NCBI GenBank assembly: GCA_964035545.1
Contig: OZ037766.1
Coordinates: forward strand, 3,958,722-4,022,721
Source of the DNA: Bugula neritina
Lineage: Eukaryota; Animalia; Bryozoa
Direction of reading: 5' to 3'
DNA: 64,000 nucleotides
Below are positions 22,223-33,512 of the stretch, piece after piece (the stretch's first letter is position 1; every line of letters begins with the position of its first letter). The position numbers and the translations under genes are program-made. The notes beneath the pieces are model-generated. The model was given only the letters and a program-made list of their open reading frames with translations, was not told where the DNA came from and ran no database searches.

Positions 22223-22755
22223 AAATCCAAAACGGCTTGCTTAATAGCACCAGCAATGAAGGGTGTAATACCCTGATTTAAAAGAAAATACTCAACCCAA
22301 TCAAGAAAGTGGTGTGGGAGACCCTTAACTGTAATGTCACCCCTCAACCAAGACATAAACATAGCTACAGATGATTGGTTCAAAAACTTTTTAGGATTAA
22401 ACCATGAGGTTTTTAGTTTGTTTAACAAAGCATCCAGTAGCTTTGTCTTACCATTGCCTAGTGGCTTTTGGGAACCGCCACTGAAATCATCCTCAGTACC
22501 AAAATATTTTTGAACCTTAGATATTCCCCTCCATCTCTGTTTAGTAGCCTTTGATGCATGTGATGCCAGTATACCTATTGATGTAGCAGCTGCAATAGCC
22601 CCTGCAGTAGTAGCAACCCCTATGACAATGGTTCTAGTGCTTAATGATGTCAGTCTCCTCAATACTAATTGAACAACCCTCCTACCACCAGTATGTTTTA
22701 AAATCATGAGACTTTTTTTCTTTCCAGTTGTGGAACTTCTACGTAATGGACACAT
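22210..22755 (-). CDS. ORF A1, 181 aa, basic N-terminus plus an Ala/Gly-rich hydrophobic segment, unknown function
   Basis: Intact ORF starting inside the terminal repeat; hydrophobic stretch IVIGVATTAGAIAAATSIGILA. Confidence 0.55.
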   Translation of the reverse strand: MCPLRRSSTTGKKKSLMILKHTGGRRVVQLVLRRLTSLSTRTIVIGVATTAGAIAAATSIGILASHASKATKQRWRGISKVQKYFGTEDDFSGGSQKPLGNGKTKLLDALLNKLKTSWFNPKKFLNQSSVAMFMSWLRGDITVKGLPHHFLDWVEYFLLNQGITPFIAGAIKQAVLDLCCF

Positions 22756-24514
22756 TTGTGATCTATGAATCCATTTTTGTATGCACTAAAATGACATAAA
22801 TAGTGAGTTGATACCAGAAAGGTATGTACTTAATGCTGTTGAAAAGGTGTAATAGTATAAAAGATAAAATATAGAACTTTAAGTAACCAAAATATAATGG
22901 TGAAATATGAGTTTATGCTGACCGTTGGTCTCCTTTCTGACACTCAATACTTTATATGTAAAATTATTGACATATTACTGCAGTTGGATTGTATTTCTGT
23001 GGTGTTGGTTATCACAATCAATTTACTATTGCATGTTATTATTATATAAAAACAAAATTTGCTTGGATATGTTTATGAGTATTTTATTATAGGCAATCGA
23101 AAACGCGACTACACTCAACTAACTCAAACTAGAAACTAACTAAATTATGGAAGCTGACCTTTTCGCAGTTAGCCTCTAAACAAAATAATTACTCTAAATT
23201 GTAAAATTCAAAGTGACAGCAAATCTTATTTACTCTAACTTTTACATTTATATAAAAAAAAACTGTAATAGGTAACTAAAAAACATATGAAGAAAAATTC
23301 ATTACGCTACCAGTAAAACGAGCTGCAGCTGTTTAAAAGTGTTAAATCAAGGCTGTTTGGTTGAGTTTTATTCAACATGTAGCATTAAGACCAAGAAAAG
23401 TCGTTTGCATTGCGCTTCTTGGTTATTTTGAAGAAACCCAGTTTTTCAGTATGTCCGAAAATTTCTTTTGAGCCTAATAATTATATGGCGCTAAACCTTT
23501 CAGAGGTGACGTTTGCTGTAACTTTTGAAAAAACTTTGTTTTTATGCCATAATATTTTGAATCAGACTTCGAAGAAAATTGTGTGACTTTAAATATTCTG
23601 CGAACTGTAAATATGTCACTTGATGTTGGTTTCTGGATTTTTATTTGAGTTTCTTAATGTTATCTTTAGAAGTAAGCTTTTTGTTTTGATTGATAGAAAA
23701 ATCTTTTTTACAAAATTCTCCAATTGACTACAAATTGATTTTATTAAAAATTTAAACTAATATTCTCTACCCTTATTCGCAAATGTTTGCTTCAGATTTT
23801 GAGTTTACAGGATAACAATCCTAAAGTTGTAAGTTTCTAATATATCACTCTAGTAGTGCTTGGTTTTTTCAACCTTTGTTTCACATCTGTAGCTCTGAAT
23901 AAGCCCACTTACCAAATTATTGGCAAACTATACATTTAATGATCACCTTCTAAGCTGTTAGCAACACATGCGTGTCCCAGCAGGTCAAATTTTATCCTAT
24001 TGAGAGTCTGATACTAGGTTTGTTATGTCACCATGCTATTGCTTTTCTTTCAAATTACCAGATTTGAAATTTTCATGTTAATCAAATTCCTATTTTATTT
24101 ATAAATCCACTCAAAAAATGTGGCTGAGGTGACTGCTAAAAATCATTGTTCTGTTGGAGTTTTTCTCCAATACTTTCTAATAATAATTAGAAAGTATAAT
24201 TATTGGTCCATGAACTTTCTTTAGCAAGTCTTTTTTAATAAAGGTCACCTATTCTGAATAGGGGTTTGAATGTGGTGTTTCTTCAATGATTTCAATTCTT
24301 ATCTTGGTGAGCTTACTTTTAGCTTAGAACTCATTCACAACCTTCCCTGTTATTTCTTCGGGACTTTTTTCAAAGCAGCTTTTAGTGTCTTAGCATCCCT
24401 GAAGTGCAGTACTAGTTGACTGGAGTATACTGATGTTTCCCTCTTTTAGTTTCCCCACATTTTTTGTATGCACCAAACTAACAGAGTCAATGCCTAGAAA
24501 CCTCATTCTCAGTA

Positions 24515-24970
24515 GACCTGCACCTGTGGTAGGTTCAAATCATGCCTTTGTATGTTATCCTGAAGGCAGCAGGATCAAATCTAATTGAGCTTGGGATTAC
24601 CACGCCCACTTTGGGTTCTATGAACAACTGCTTCACTCCATTTTTGATGGAGGGAAACTCTTTGTGAGTGAGCTTACGCCCACTTTTCACTGTGCCCCAA
24701 TTTGCAAGGGCAGCACCTAGAGCTTGATCTGTCACTTCATGGTGGCCTTGACCTAGCTATGGACGGACAGTTACTAAAATGTCTCTGGAGAGAAACGACT
24801 TGATTGCCCAGTTTTCAGGGGCATTCATGACAAACTTCTTTAAAGTCTGGAGTGACACTGCCGATTTTACTCTTTCAAAAGCAACAAAATCCTTATGTAA
24901 ATCCTGAATATCAGCTCTTGATCGTTTGGAAAGGTCTTGTATCCCATTAACGTTGATGGTGGTGATCTGT
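24515..24970 (-). mobile_element. Rearranged partial second copy of the Tx1/L1-like LINE (ORF2 start fused upstream of an ORF1 fragment)
   Basis: ITTINVNGI..KRSRADI joined to VAFERVKSAVSLQ...GHHEVTDQALGAALANWGTVKSGRK...FRITYKGMI; near-identical DNA to 27110-27515 and 26395-26480. Confidence 0.85.
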
Positions 24971-27600
24971 GGGGTGTCTGGTTGGAATGACCCTAAGGGA
25001 GATTCCTGAACCATTGACTCAGGTGGTACGTGAACAGGGGGAGTCTTTGATGGTCAAAGTTTCCATGCCCCGGTTTTAGGACAGAGTTAAAGAAAAAATG
25101 GCTTGGCAACGATTCTCGACGTTCTCCATTCCCAGCCCTCCCTTTTCCTTGGACAACTCAGCGATTCTTCTGGAAAAAATCTTGTCTTTTACTTTCACCA
25201 TAGAGAAAGGAGTAGATGGTTTTTCTGATGGACCGGAATGAGGAAGGGTCTAGGTACGTAGCAGCAGCGTAGTAGAGGATCGGAAAAAGTATTGTGTTGG
25301 CCAGGAAAACCTTTCCTCTAATTGTGCAGAATAGATTCTTTAATCCCCCTGCTCTTTTGCATGTCTTTCTGAGTGCCAAGTCAAAGTTGATTTTGGCTAT
25401 CACTTGGAAAGAGCGATTGCAAAAGGTTATGTCACACACCTTCATTCTTTCCACTACGTACCGCTGATACTGGACACAGGTGGCATTGCCAATCGGGAGT
25501 AGCTGAGTCTTGTCTGTGTTGAGCATGTTTCCAGTTCCTTGTTTAATGGATTCAAAAGATTCAAACACCTCGGTATCATCAAACTCATCATTGCAAAAAA
25601 AATAGAAGATCATCTGCGTATGCTGTGAGCTTTGCGATGTTGTTCCAGGTGGTCCTCACTCCAGTGAAGCGTGGGTTTTCGGTGATGAAATTCACAAACA
25701 TCTGTACGTATAGTACATACAGTGGGTGAAAGGGACAACCTTGTCTAACCCCTCTCTTTAACATGACAGGCTTAGACAGGTGTCCATTCACCTGGATCTT
25801 CGTGGAGGTATTGGTGTAGAGACAATCTTGTGGTCGGAATACGGAAAGAATTCACTGCTAACCTGACAAGGCAAGTCAATGGGAGTAAAGAACTTGTCTA
25901 ATCGGCTTGCTTGTTTTTCCTGGTGGCCGTACCAGGTGAAATCCTTAGCAGTGGGGTGTTTGGCTCTGAAGATATCAGTAATTCCTAAGTTTGAGGTTGA
26001 AACTCTGAGCTCCTCTGAGCCGATGAGGCTTGCCGTAGAGTCGAAATGCGAGCGGCTGTCAAGGTCTCTTGATGTGATGCAGTTTGTGTCTCCCGCTAGA
26101 ATGTTTTTCCTTGTAAAGGAAAGGTATTCTGGGAGGCACTGACTGTAAAATTGACGCCTCTCTATAGGGTTGTTGGGTGCGTACACATTCACAATCCTCA
26201 GGGCGGCGCTGCCTACATCTACGTCCACTGCAGTGATTCTGCCATTTTCTTCGTAAAGGGGGTTGGTAATCTTTCCTCCAAAGGCTGGGTTGACTAGGAT
26301 GGCAGTCCCTCCAGACCATTCTGTGTGAAAGTTTACATATTTATGTCCGGGCCAATTAGGGATGTTCTCTGTGTGTGTTTCCTGTAAGAGGAATATGTCA
26401 GCTCTTGACTCTTGGAGAGAGGATATCACGTTTGCCCTTTTGAAGTGATCCCTTATCCCATTAACATTGATGGTGGTGATTTTCAATCTGCCAGCCATTA
26501 TGATGATTGGTGATTGGTTTCCATCTCCCCATCATTTGTTGTGTTGGGAAACAGTTCCGAGTCAGCTAAAATACTGAAACGATTTGCCACTTCATTGCTG
26601 GTGTCAGAGCTAGTCTCAGGGATAGATGTTGGGGTAGGAAGTCCTAATGGGGAGGGGCTGCCTTCTTTTCTTCGTTTCCTCCTGTTTTGCCGGGAGCTTG
26701 AGCGTCTGCGCAGGGCTCCTTTTGGTTTTTGGGCCAGGGGCTTTTGCGTCGGAGGGGCTGTTGGCTCTTGGCTAGGTTCTTTGGGGGGCTCCACTGCCTT
26801 GTCGGCTTCTGACTCCTTGTTAGAAGTATTTGATTCTGCTGATTTTTAAACTTTGGTGTTGCTCGGGGCCTTGGGAGTTTTCTTCTCTTGGCCTGAGGTC
26901 TGAGTTGGGAATCTAGGGGGTCTTGACGAGGTTGTTTTCAAAGCCAGTTTGTTCCTGTAGAACTCAGGACAGTTGGCTAAGGAGTGGTCTGTGCTACCAC
27001 ACACCACACAGAGTGCTGTGTTCGTGCAGCTGCTCTTCAGATGTCCAATCTCGTGGCATTTGTGGCACCGCTTCTCGGGGCAAGAGGCAACCTCTTGCTC
27101 AGTAGATCTACACCTGTGGCAGGTACGAATCATGCCTTTGTATGTTATCCTGAAGGCAGCAGGACCAAATCTAATTGAGCTTGGGATTACCACGCCCACT
27201 TTGGGTTCTATGAAGAACTGTCTCACTCCATTTTCGATGAAGGGAAACTCTTTGTAAATGAGCTTACGCCCACTTTTCACTGTGCCCCAATTTGCAAGGG
27301 CAGCACCTAGCGTCTGGTCTGTCACTTCATGGTGGCCTTGACCTAGCTGTGGAGTTACAGTTACCAAAATTTCTCTGGAAAGAGACGACTTAATAGCCCA
27401 GTTTCCAGGGGGACTCGTGACGAACTTCTTTAAAGCCTCTTTGTCTAGGAAGGCGATTTCCACTCCAGTCTGGAGTGACACCACTGACTTCACTCTTTCA
27501 AAAGCAACAATATCCTTTAGTTTCTTGAAGAACTCCGTGGAGCTTGTCAGGACAGCCCCTAACGATGGCTGATGAGAGGACTATGATGCTCTCAGGAGGT
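24971..27600 (-). mobile_element. Non-LTR retrotransposon, L1/Tx1 clade, internally deleted and frameshifted
   Basis: ORF1 with three CCHC-type knuckles (CHRC, CHKCHEIGHLKSSC, CVVCGSTDHSLANC). ORF2 APE endonuclease (TINVNG, LQETH, NVYAPN, GDTN, SRLD, SDH). RT remnants RGVRQGCP and AYADD, plus KGGLG. The region between EN and RT is deleted near 25790. Confidence 0.92.
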
Positions 27601-27974
27601 CTTGAAAACAAAATTCTTCTAATGCTTCCACTTTTTGCAGATTGAAGTAACGGAAAGATATTTAATTGAAGCTGGTTAAAAATGTTGAACCATTTACTCA
27701 TTGTAATTTTTTTATTTTCAAGTTATAGAAACGCAATTTTACTGTTTTATAGGATTAAGAATATGTTTATTTCTTCACTAAGATAGCTGTCTAAATTAAA
27801 TTGCACCCAGGATGAAATCTCACTTTAATATAAAACTGTGTACCACATGGTTTGAGGTATACTTAATCAAGTTTTTTGCTAGCAAATAGCACTCTTCTGT
27901 AGTATCCTGGCCGATATTTTAATGCGGGGAGAGTATAAACTCAATACAAGTTTTAAAATTGAGTAATGCTGTTT

Positions 27975-28420
27975 CAGCACATAGTCCTGCTGGTAGGAAT
28001 ATTTTCCATACAGGCATAACACATTGGTGTAATGCTGCAGGACATGCATCCGGAGCCGTTGATGTGAGAAGGTGCGCCTACACTGGCGACACCGGGTGTT
28101 ATCTGGCCCGTCACAAACTTCTCTGACCAACCAGCCTCCTGGTCTTTTCGCTGTTCCAATGGTGCCTCAACGCAGCCCCAGCTTGTCATCTGCCTGGTTG
28201 GCCACTTTTCCGGGCATCAGGTGACCTCATGTTCAGTTGTGGCAGGGTCGAACCATTTTTAATCCTGAAGGCTGCAGGTCAGTGAGCTTGAGATTGCCTT
28301 GCCCACTTTGGGCTCAATGAAAACTCTTTGCAAGTTGGCTTGCGTCCACTTTTGACTGCCCCAATTTGATAAAGTAGCCCCTAAGGCTTGGTATGTCACT
28401 TCGTGATGACCTTGGTCTAA
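27975..28420 (-). mobile_element. Third, more degraded ORF1 fragment of the same LINE family
   Basis: ATCCTGAAGGC.GCAGG, GCCCACTTTGGG, GCCCCAATTTG and GTCACTTC.TG.TG.CCTTG are colinear with 27145-27345. Confidence 0.75.
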
Positions 28421-31400
28421 TCTGTTGTATAAACTGCGCAGTAAAAGTAGAAAATTAAAGTGATATTTCTAAATTTCAGAAGCTTTCTTTAAAATTCCAA
28501 AACACTGGAAATAGCATGTAATGGGCAATAGTAGAACTACTAGAGCAGTATATAATACGTTTTGTTGGATTAGAGAAACTGTACCTTTAATAATGGACTC
28601 TCACTTTCTTTTGTTATTTTTGTCATCTGCTTCTTTAAAGCATTGTATTTCACTTGACAAAAATTTCAACATTACTGAATAAATATATTATCCACACTAC
28701 ATAACCCCTACCTATTCGAACACTTGGCGAGTTCGCTTTTGTAATGTCGCTAGGCCTATCTTCCGATGAATTAGACTGTGTTCCAGCAATTTCATCCACA
28801 ACACACATCTATTATTGATAGCTAGAAAAACATGCTTATAAAACTATAAATTTCTCAAAACAGAGTTAATCTGCCATTGTGATGAGCAAAATAATTATTA
28901 TTGTAATAGTTTTGTGGGTAGAATGAAATTAAGTGGGGAGCATAACTCCAATATAGAAGAAACAAGGTAAAGTTGTGGTCTTGAATGAATAAATCTTTAT
29001 TGTCGTAGCGTATGAAAGTAGGTCTGTATCCTGCGAGCTCCAGTGGTAAACTGATTCTACTCTGTGAGCTTGCCTCTTTATATACAGGGACAAAGCCTCT
29101 GTTATGATCCTGTCTAAAAGTCAGAGCCCAAATATTAAAACACCTTCCGATATCGAAACCTGTTCCGGCTTTCGGACAGGATCGAATTACACGATAGCAT
29201 TCCATTAAAAATGAAAAAAATAAAAAATTGAAAAGACAACTCTTACATGTTCTATTATCATAGATTCCCACTACAATATTCAATTCCTTTAATAATTTGA
29301 TACACATGTCCCTAACACAATCGCACATCATTCGCCATTGTTATGACCTATTAGTATCCCTATACACTGCTGCCATTAGTTTGTATTATTGAATGAAAAA
29401 GCTCCATCCTCTTTCATAGTACCTGATTAGTGACTACATTGTTTTACCATTTCTTTTTTTGACATATGTCCACTGCTGAGACGAGAAGATGAATATAGAT
29501 GGAATATATATTTAGAGCTCAGTGAGCTGAAGATTCCTAGACAACTACCAGAATACCTGTGTTCTCCAGCCACCGATCAAAGTATGGGGTAAACTATTAG
29601 TGCTAGTTCTTTACAGTGACCATCGTATAGCAGTTAATTGGCTTCAGACATTAATCATTAGTAATTGATTATTAGTAATTAAATGATTTATTTACTTTCG
29701 GTATATTAAAAGTATTTTAAATGATTATAATAGTACGAAAGTAATGCAAACTCTTATGGCCCAAAGTTATGGGCAAGGGAAGCTCGTGAAAGTGCACCAA
29801 CAATTTTCTGTATATATTATATTACAGGATCTTTCACATCCTCTGGAGTCTAAAGGAAGGCCATCAGCAAGATCATCATTGCATAATAGCTAGAAGGTGG
29901 TGGCGGGTGGACAATATCAGTTGATATAGAAGAGGTTTTGAGTGTTAAACTCTTCTTGGAGTTGAGTTTACCTCATCTATATTGCTTCCTTTAATATCTA
30001 GAAATTTGTGAAAGTTTATGCAAATTATCAATTTAAAACATGTAAAAATGTGTGTGCAGATTATTTTTAATACACTTCTTTAGCATAGAAAATTTTTCAC
30101 CAATATTTAGCATTTGCCTAATTAGCATGGATCTTTTTAAAGACATGTCAGGTTCTCATGGCCTTTATGGTCAAGTTTTATTTTTGCTGAAGTCCATAAA
30201 ACCTAACAATTGTTTTAATATGAATGTAATTAATTTCATAAATAGAGGTAATTTCACAAATAAATGACTATTGCTTTTTTTGCAAATAACTTTATTTTAC
30301 ACTATATTTGTGGTTACAATGACCTGTTATGTTCATATTATCCATTACTTACTTCCACAGCTTTGATTTTAAACATGCAAGTACTTATCCAAGCATAATG
30401 AAATTGTAAATACACTAACATCTGAAAAAAAGCATATAATATTATTCTAACTAAAAAATATAACAATGTTTGAAGTGAAATATGATGAAATGGAAGTCAA
30501 GTGAATCAAGTTGGTAATAATTAAGCTTTAAATACTACATCACGAATAAGTACAGAAGTTGCTATAATGAATTGACGGTTTAGTTAACTGTTATGTTATG
30601 GTATTTTGTAGTTGCTTCATCATGGTGATTTATAATCTCGGTGGTTCTTCACAATACAGTGAACTAAAAGATGCAAAACAATATTGATGAGGCAACTCCA
30701 AACTCATAATTTTTGAAGTTTGACCAGTATTTTGAAAAACCTAAAGAACAATCAATACACTTGTGGGCATGTTGATTTGATTCTTCACCATGGATATCTT
30801 GTTCTGATAAATTATTTTAGCAGTGTACCCTTTGTGATGAAATTCGTCTATCCTATCAGCTCTAGGTTTTGCAATAGACTGATGACTGCTTTTCTTGATC
30901 CCATTGAACAAAAAACAACACCATTTGAAATCAAGAAACTAAAGTAACAGAAAATTAATTGCTAAGAAAGCTCAGTCATGCATCTATTATGTATAATTTA
31001 TTATAAATGAAGTGCTATAAATTGCATGCATAAACTTCCCTGTCGTTTTTTGTTTCCACCTGTTCAGTAGTGTGTACGTTTGTGATTTTCAATAATGTTG
31101 ATCCTTAAATTTTAGAAATTTAAGTTATATAAATTGTCTGTTTTTCTATTACAAAGAGAAAAGATTCAAGAGGAAAAGTGTTAACTTGTAAACATTTATT
31201 TGATAATTGCCCACATTGACCTTGCAGCAGCTGTGCTTGACCAATCAACAGCCTCAGTTATTAATTTAAGGGAAATAACTATTACAATGGCATTTTTACA
31301 AGTTTACCGAACCATGTGTGACACCACCTACTAACCAATACAGTAAATAGTAAGCATTGGCAAGTGTGTTTATGGTTCAATACGTAGCAAACCAGAATAT

Positions 31401-31555
31401 TGGATTTTTAAATAAAATGTTATTTTTGGGGACTTTGCCCCCATAACGTGCTTTAAAACAAAATAAGCATCTCTACACCTCACTTTGATGAGTCTTTTTA
31501 TTTAGGCGCAATTGTTTATTACATTTTAATTTGGTTTTATTCTCCCCAGTAGGGG

Positions 31556-31744
31556 AAGTGGGCCGTACTTGGAGGTACTGCAATACCAAGACAACCCGTG
31601 ACAGAGCCGAAGCAAGCTTCTGCGCTCCGTCCATTTACAAAAATCAGATTAATATCATAGTGACACGATGTGCCACGAATCAGATATTAAACTGATTAGA
31701 ACAGATACTACACTTTGATCTTAGCCAATAGGCCGAGAAGCGAT
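31556..31744 (-). ncRNA. U2: U2 spliceosomal snRNA, copy 2
   Basis: Same hallmarks as copy 1; 3 substitutions seen relative to copy 1; canonical stem-loop IIa ATCAGTTTAATATCTGAT. Confidence 0.97.
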
Positions 31745-31780
31745 AACTGAATCGGCGATTCAAGCGGGTTCATAAATAAC

Positions 31781-31804
31781 GAAAACTTATAATAAAAAAG
31801 TGTG
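31781..31804 (-). promoter_or_regulatory. PSE-like element of U2 copy 2
   Basis: GAAAACTTATAA and AGTGTG (plus strand) at -37 and -55..-60, the same offsets as in copy 1. Confidence 0.7.
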
Positions 31805-33512
31805 AATACTGCGTTATGTTATAAAAAATGTATTTGCTTAAATTATTATTATAAAGTAATAAATTTTTAATTACTTTTCAAACATAAATGTTATCTATAG
31901 TAATTAAAACTTTTAACAAAAAAGCATATGACTCAAAAAAGCAATGTTTATGATTTGTTTTATGTGACGTCATATTTTAGTAGTTGTCTCTCCTATTAAC
32001 TCTTGAATGAAAATGCTTTTAAAATTACTACCATCATTATTATTATTACCATAGTTGAGACAGAAAACTTATACCTACAGATTAAACAAAAATAATTTGT
32101 AATACCATTTTATTGCTAACACATTAGCCATGGCCCTGATTGTTAATGGTATAGTAAGTGATGTGTCTAATAAGACTATAATAATATACTAACAATCATA
32201 ATAATAATATTATTATTTGCCAAGTGCTAAAATCAGCTTCACGGAGCTCCTTCTTCAGATCTGCATACATTAATTATTAATCTAATCTTTTGATTTTTGA
32301 CGTTGCTATATGCTATAATACCCTATAAGTCTAATTCCCAGAACTAAATTGATAGATGGCTACTGCATAGCTTACTGCAAATAGCTTAAGTTGTGTCAAC
32401 ACAGTTGCTTACTGTCTGCACCGCCAATAGTTAATTCAAACTATTTGTTATTGTTATAATACCGGGAAACAATAACCTTTAAATTTGTTAGGCTGAATTA
32501 TTGTTTTTTTAACGATTCAACTGTTGAACATCTTTATAAGACGTGGTTTTCAAAAACTATAAAAGGCAGTATAGCCAATATAATTAGCACACTGTAAAAA
32601 ATCAGCTATCTGATGTGTTTTGAAGAAAAATAAGTTTGAGCATTGTAATCCTATAAGAGTCATATTTTAAAAAAAGTTGTCAGACTTCTATCTATTTCCT
32701 ATTTTGATAAACAGATGCTGACTATCAATTATAAGGTGTAGGTTTATTTAGCTGAGAAGATACTGCTGAATTTATTTTTAAACATTACTATGACATGACA
32801 ATTATACATGCTTTTATGACAAGCAATGTGGGGGTGAAATACACCTTCAGCACCGAGAGCAAAGTTCTTGCATATTAATGTTTATTTGCATGCAACACAA
32901 TTGCTATAAATTACAGAAATGACTGCTTTCCCTTATAGGTTTGTAAATTACTTATCACAATATGCTGTTCATCTTCAATAATGGCAGACATTATTTAATA
33001 TTCATCGACTAGATAATCTATTGGTTTTCATAGAAAAAATCTTAAATTTATTAAAATTAATTACAATCATACTGCCAAGTTTGTTTATAGAGTTGATTGT
33101 GTATGGCAAAAACTTTGCAATAACTGTATGCATTATGTCCTATTTTTAAAACACCATAATATTTTCTGAATATAGTGTACTGCGTATGGTGGGTTTACCC
33201 TCTCAAATAGATTCCTCCCATCTATTGAACAACATAAGCTAGTAATAAACTTGCTAAAATTAATTGTTATAATGGGCGTTAACTAGAATTATTTTATTAT
33301 GTAGAAAAAATGCTTGAATAACTCATAAAATATAAATAATTTAATTGCTTGCATAAGAAAATACAAACTATACAGTTGATTACATTGTTAAATGACATAA
33401 TTTACACCGAGATTCTTATATACATAATGGTCACGGTAAGAAAATCTATGCCAATGAACTAAAACTCCCTTATAGGAGTTATAATTCAATAATTCATGTA
33501 TTACTGAGAGGT

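Larger units (their letters stand above)
21153..22776 (-). mobile_element. Terminally redundant 1536-bp unit (putative integrated circular replicon / endogenous virus-like element)
   Basis: 88-bp direct repeats at 21153-21240 and 22689-22776 (2 mismatches); the interior is fully occupied by overlapping ORFs and two short introns. The circular-origin reading is inference. Confidence 0.55.

Noticed and set aside
22420-22470. KPLGNGKTKLLDALL as a Walker A motif in ORF A1
   Set aside because: The first Gly of GxxxxGKT is missing and no Walker B or SF3 motif C follows.
22540-22774. Cys-rich frame interrupted only by TAG codons (alternative genetic code?)
   Set aside because: It is the shifted reading of the Ala/Thr-rich A1 segment; standard-code ORFs already explain the region.
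24515-27600. Keno- or Utopia-type U2-specific insertion
   Set aside because: Both U2 genes are uninterrupted and I saw no U2 fragments flanking the LINE pieces.
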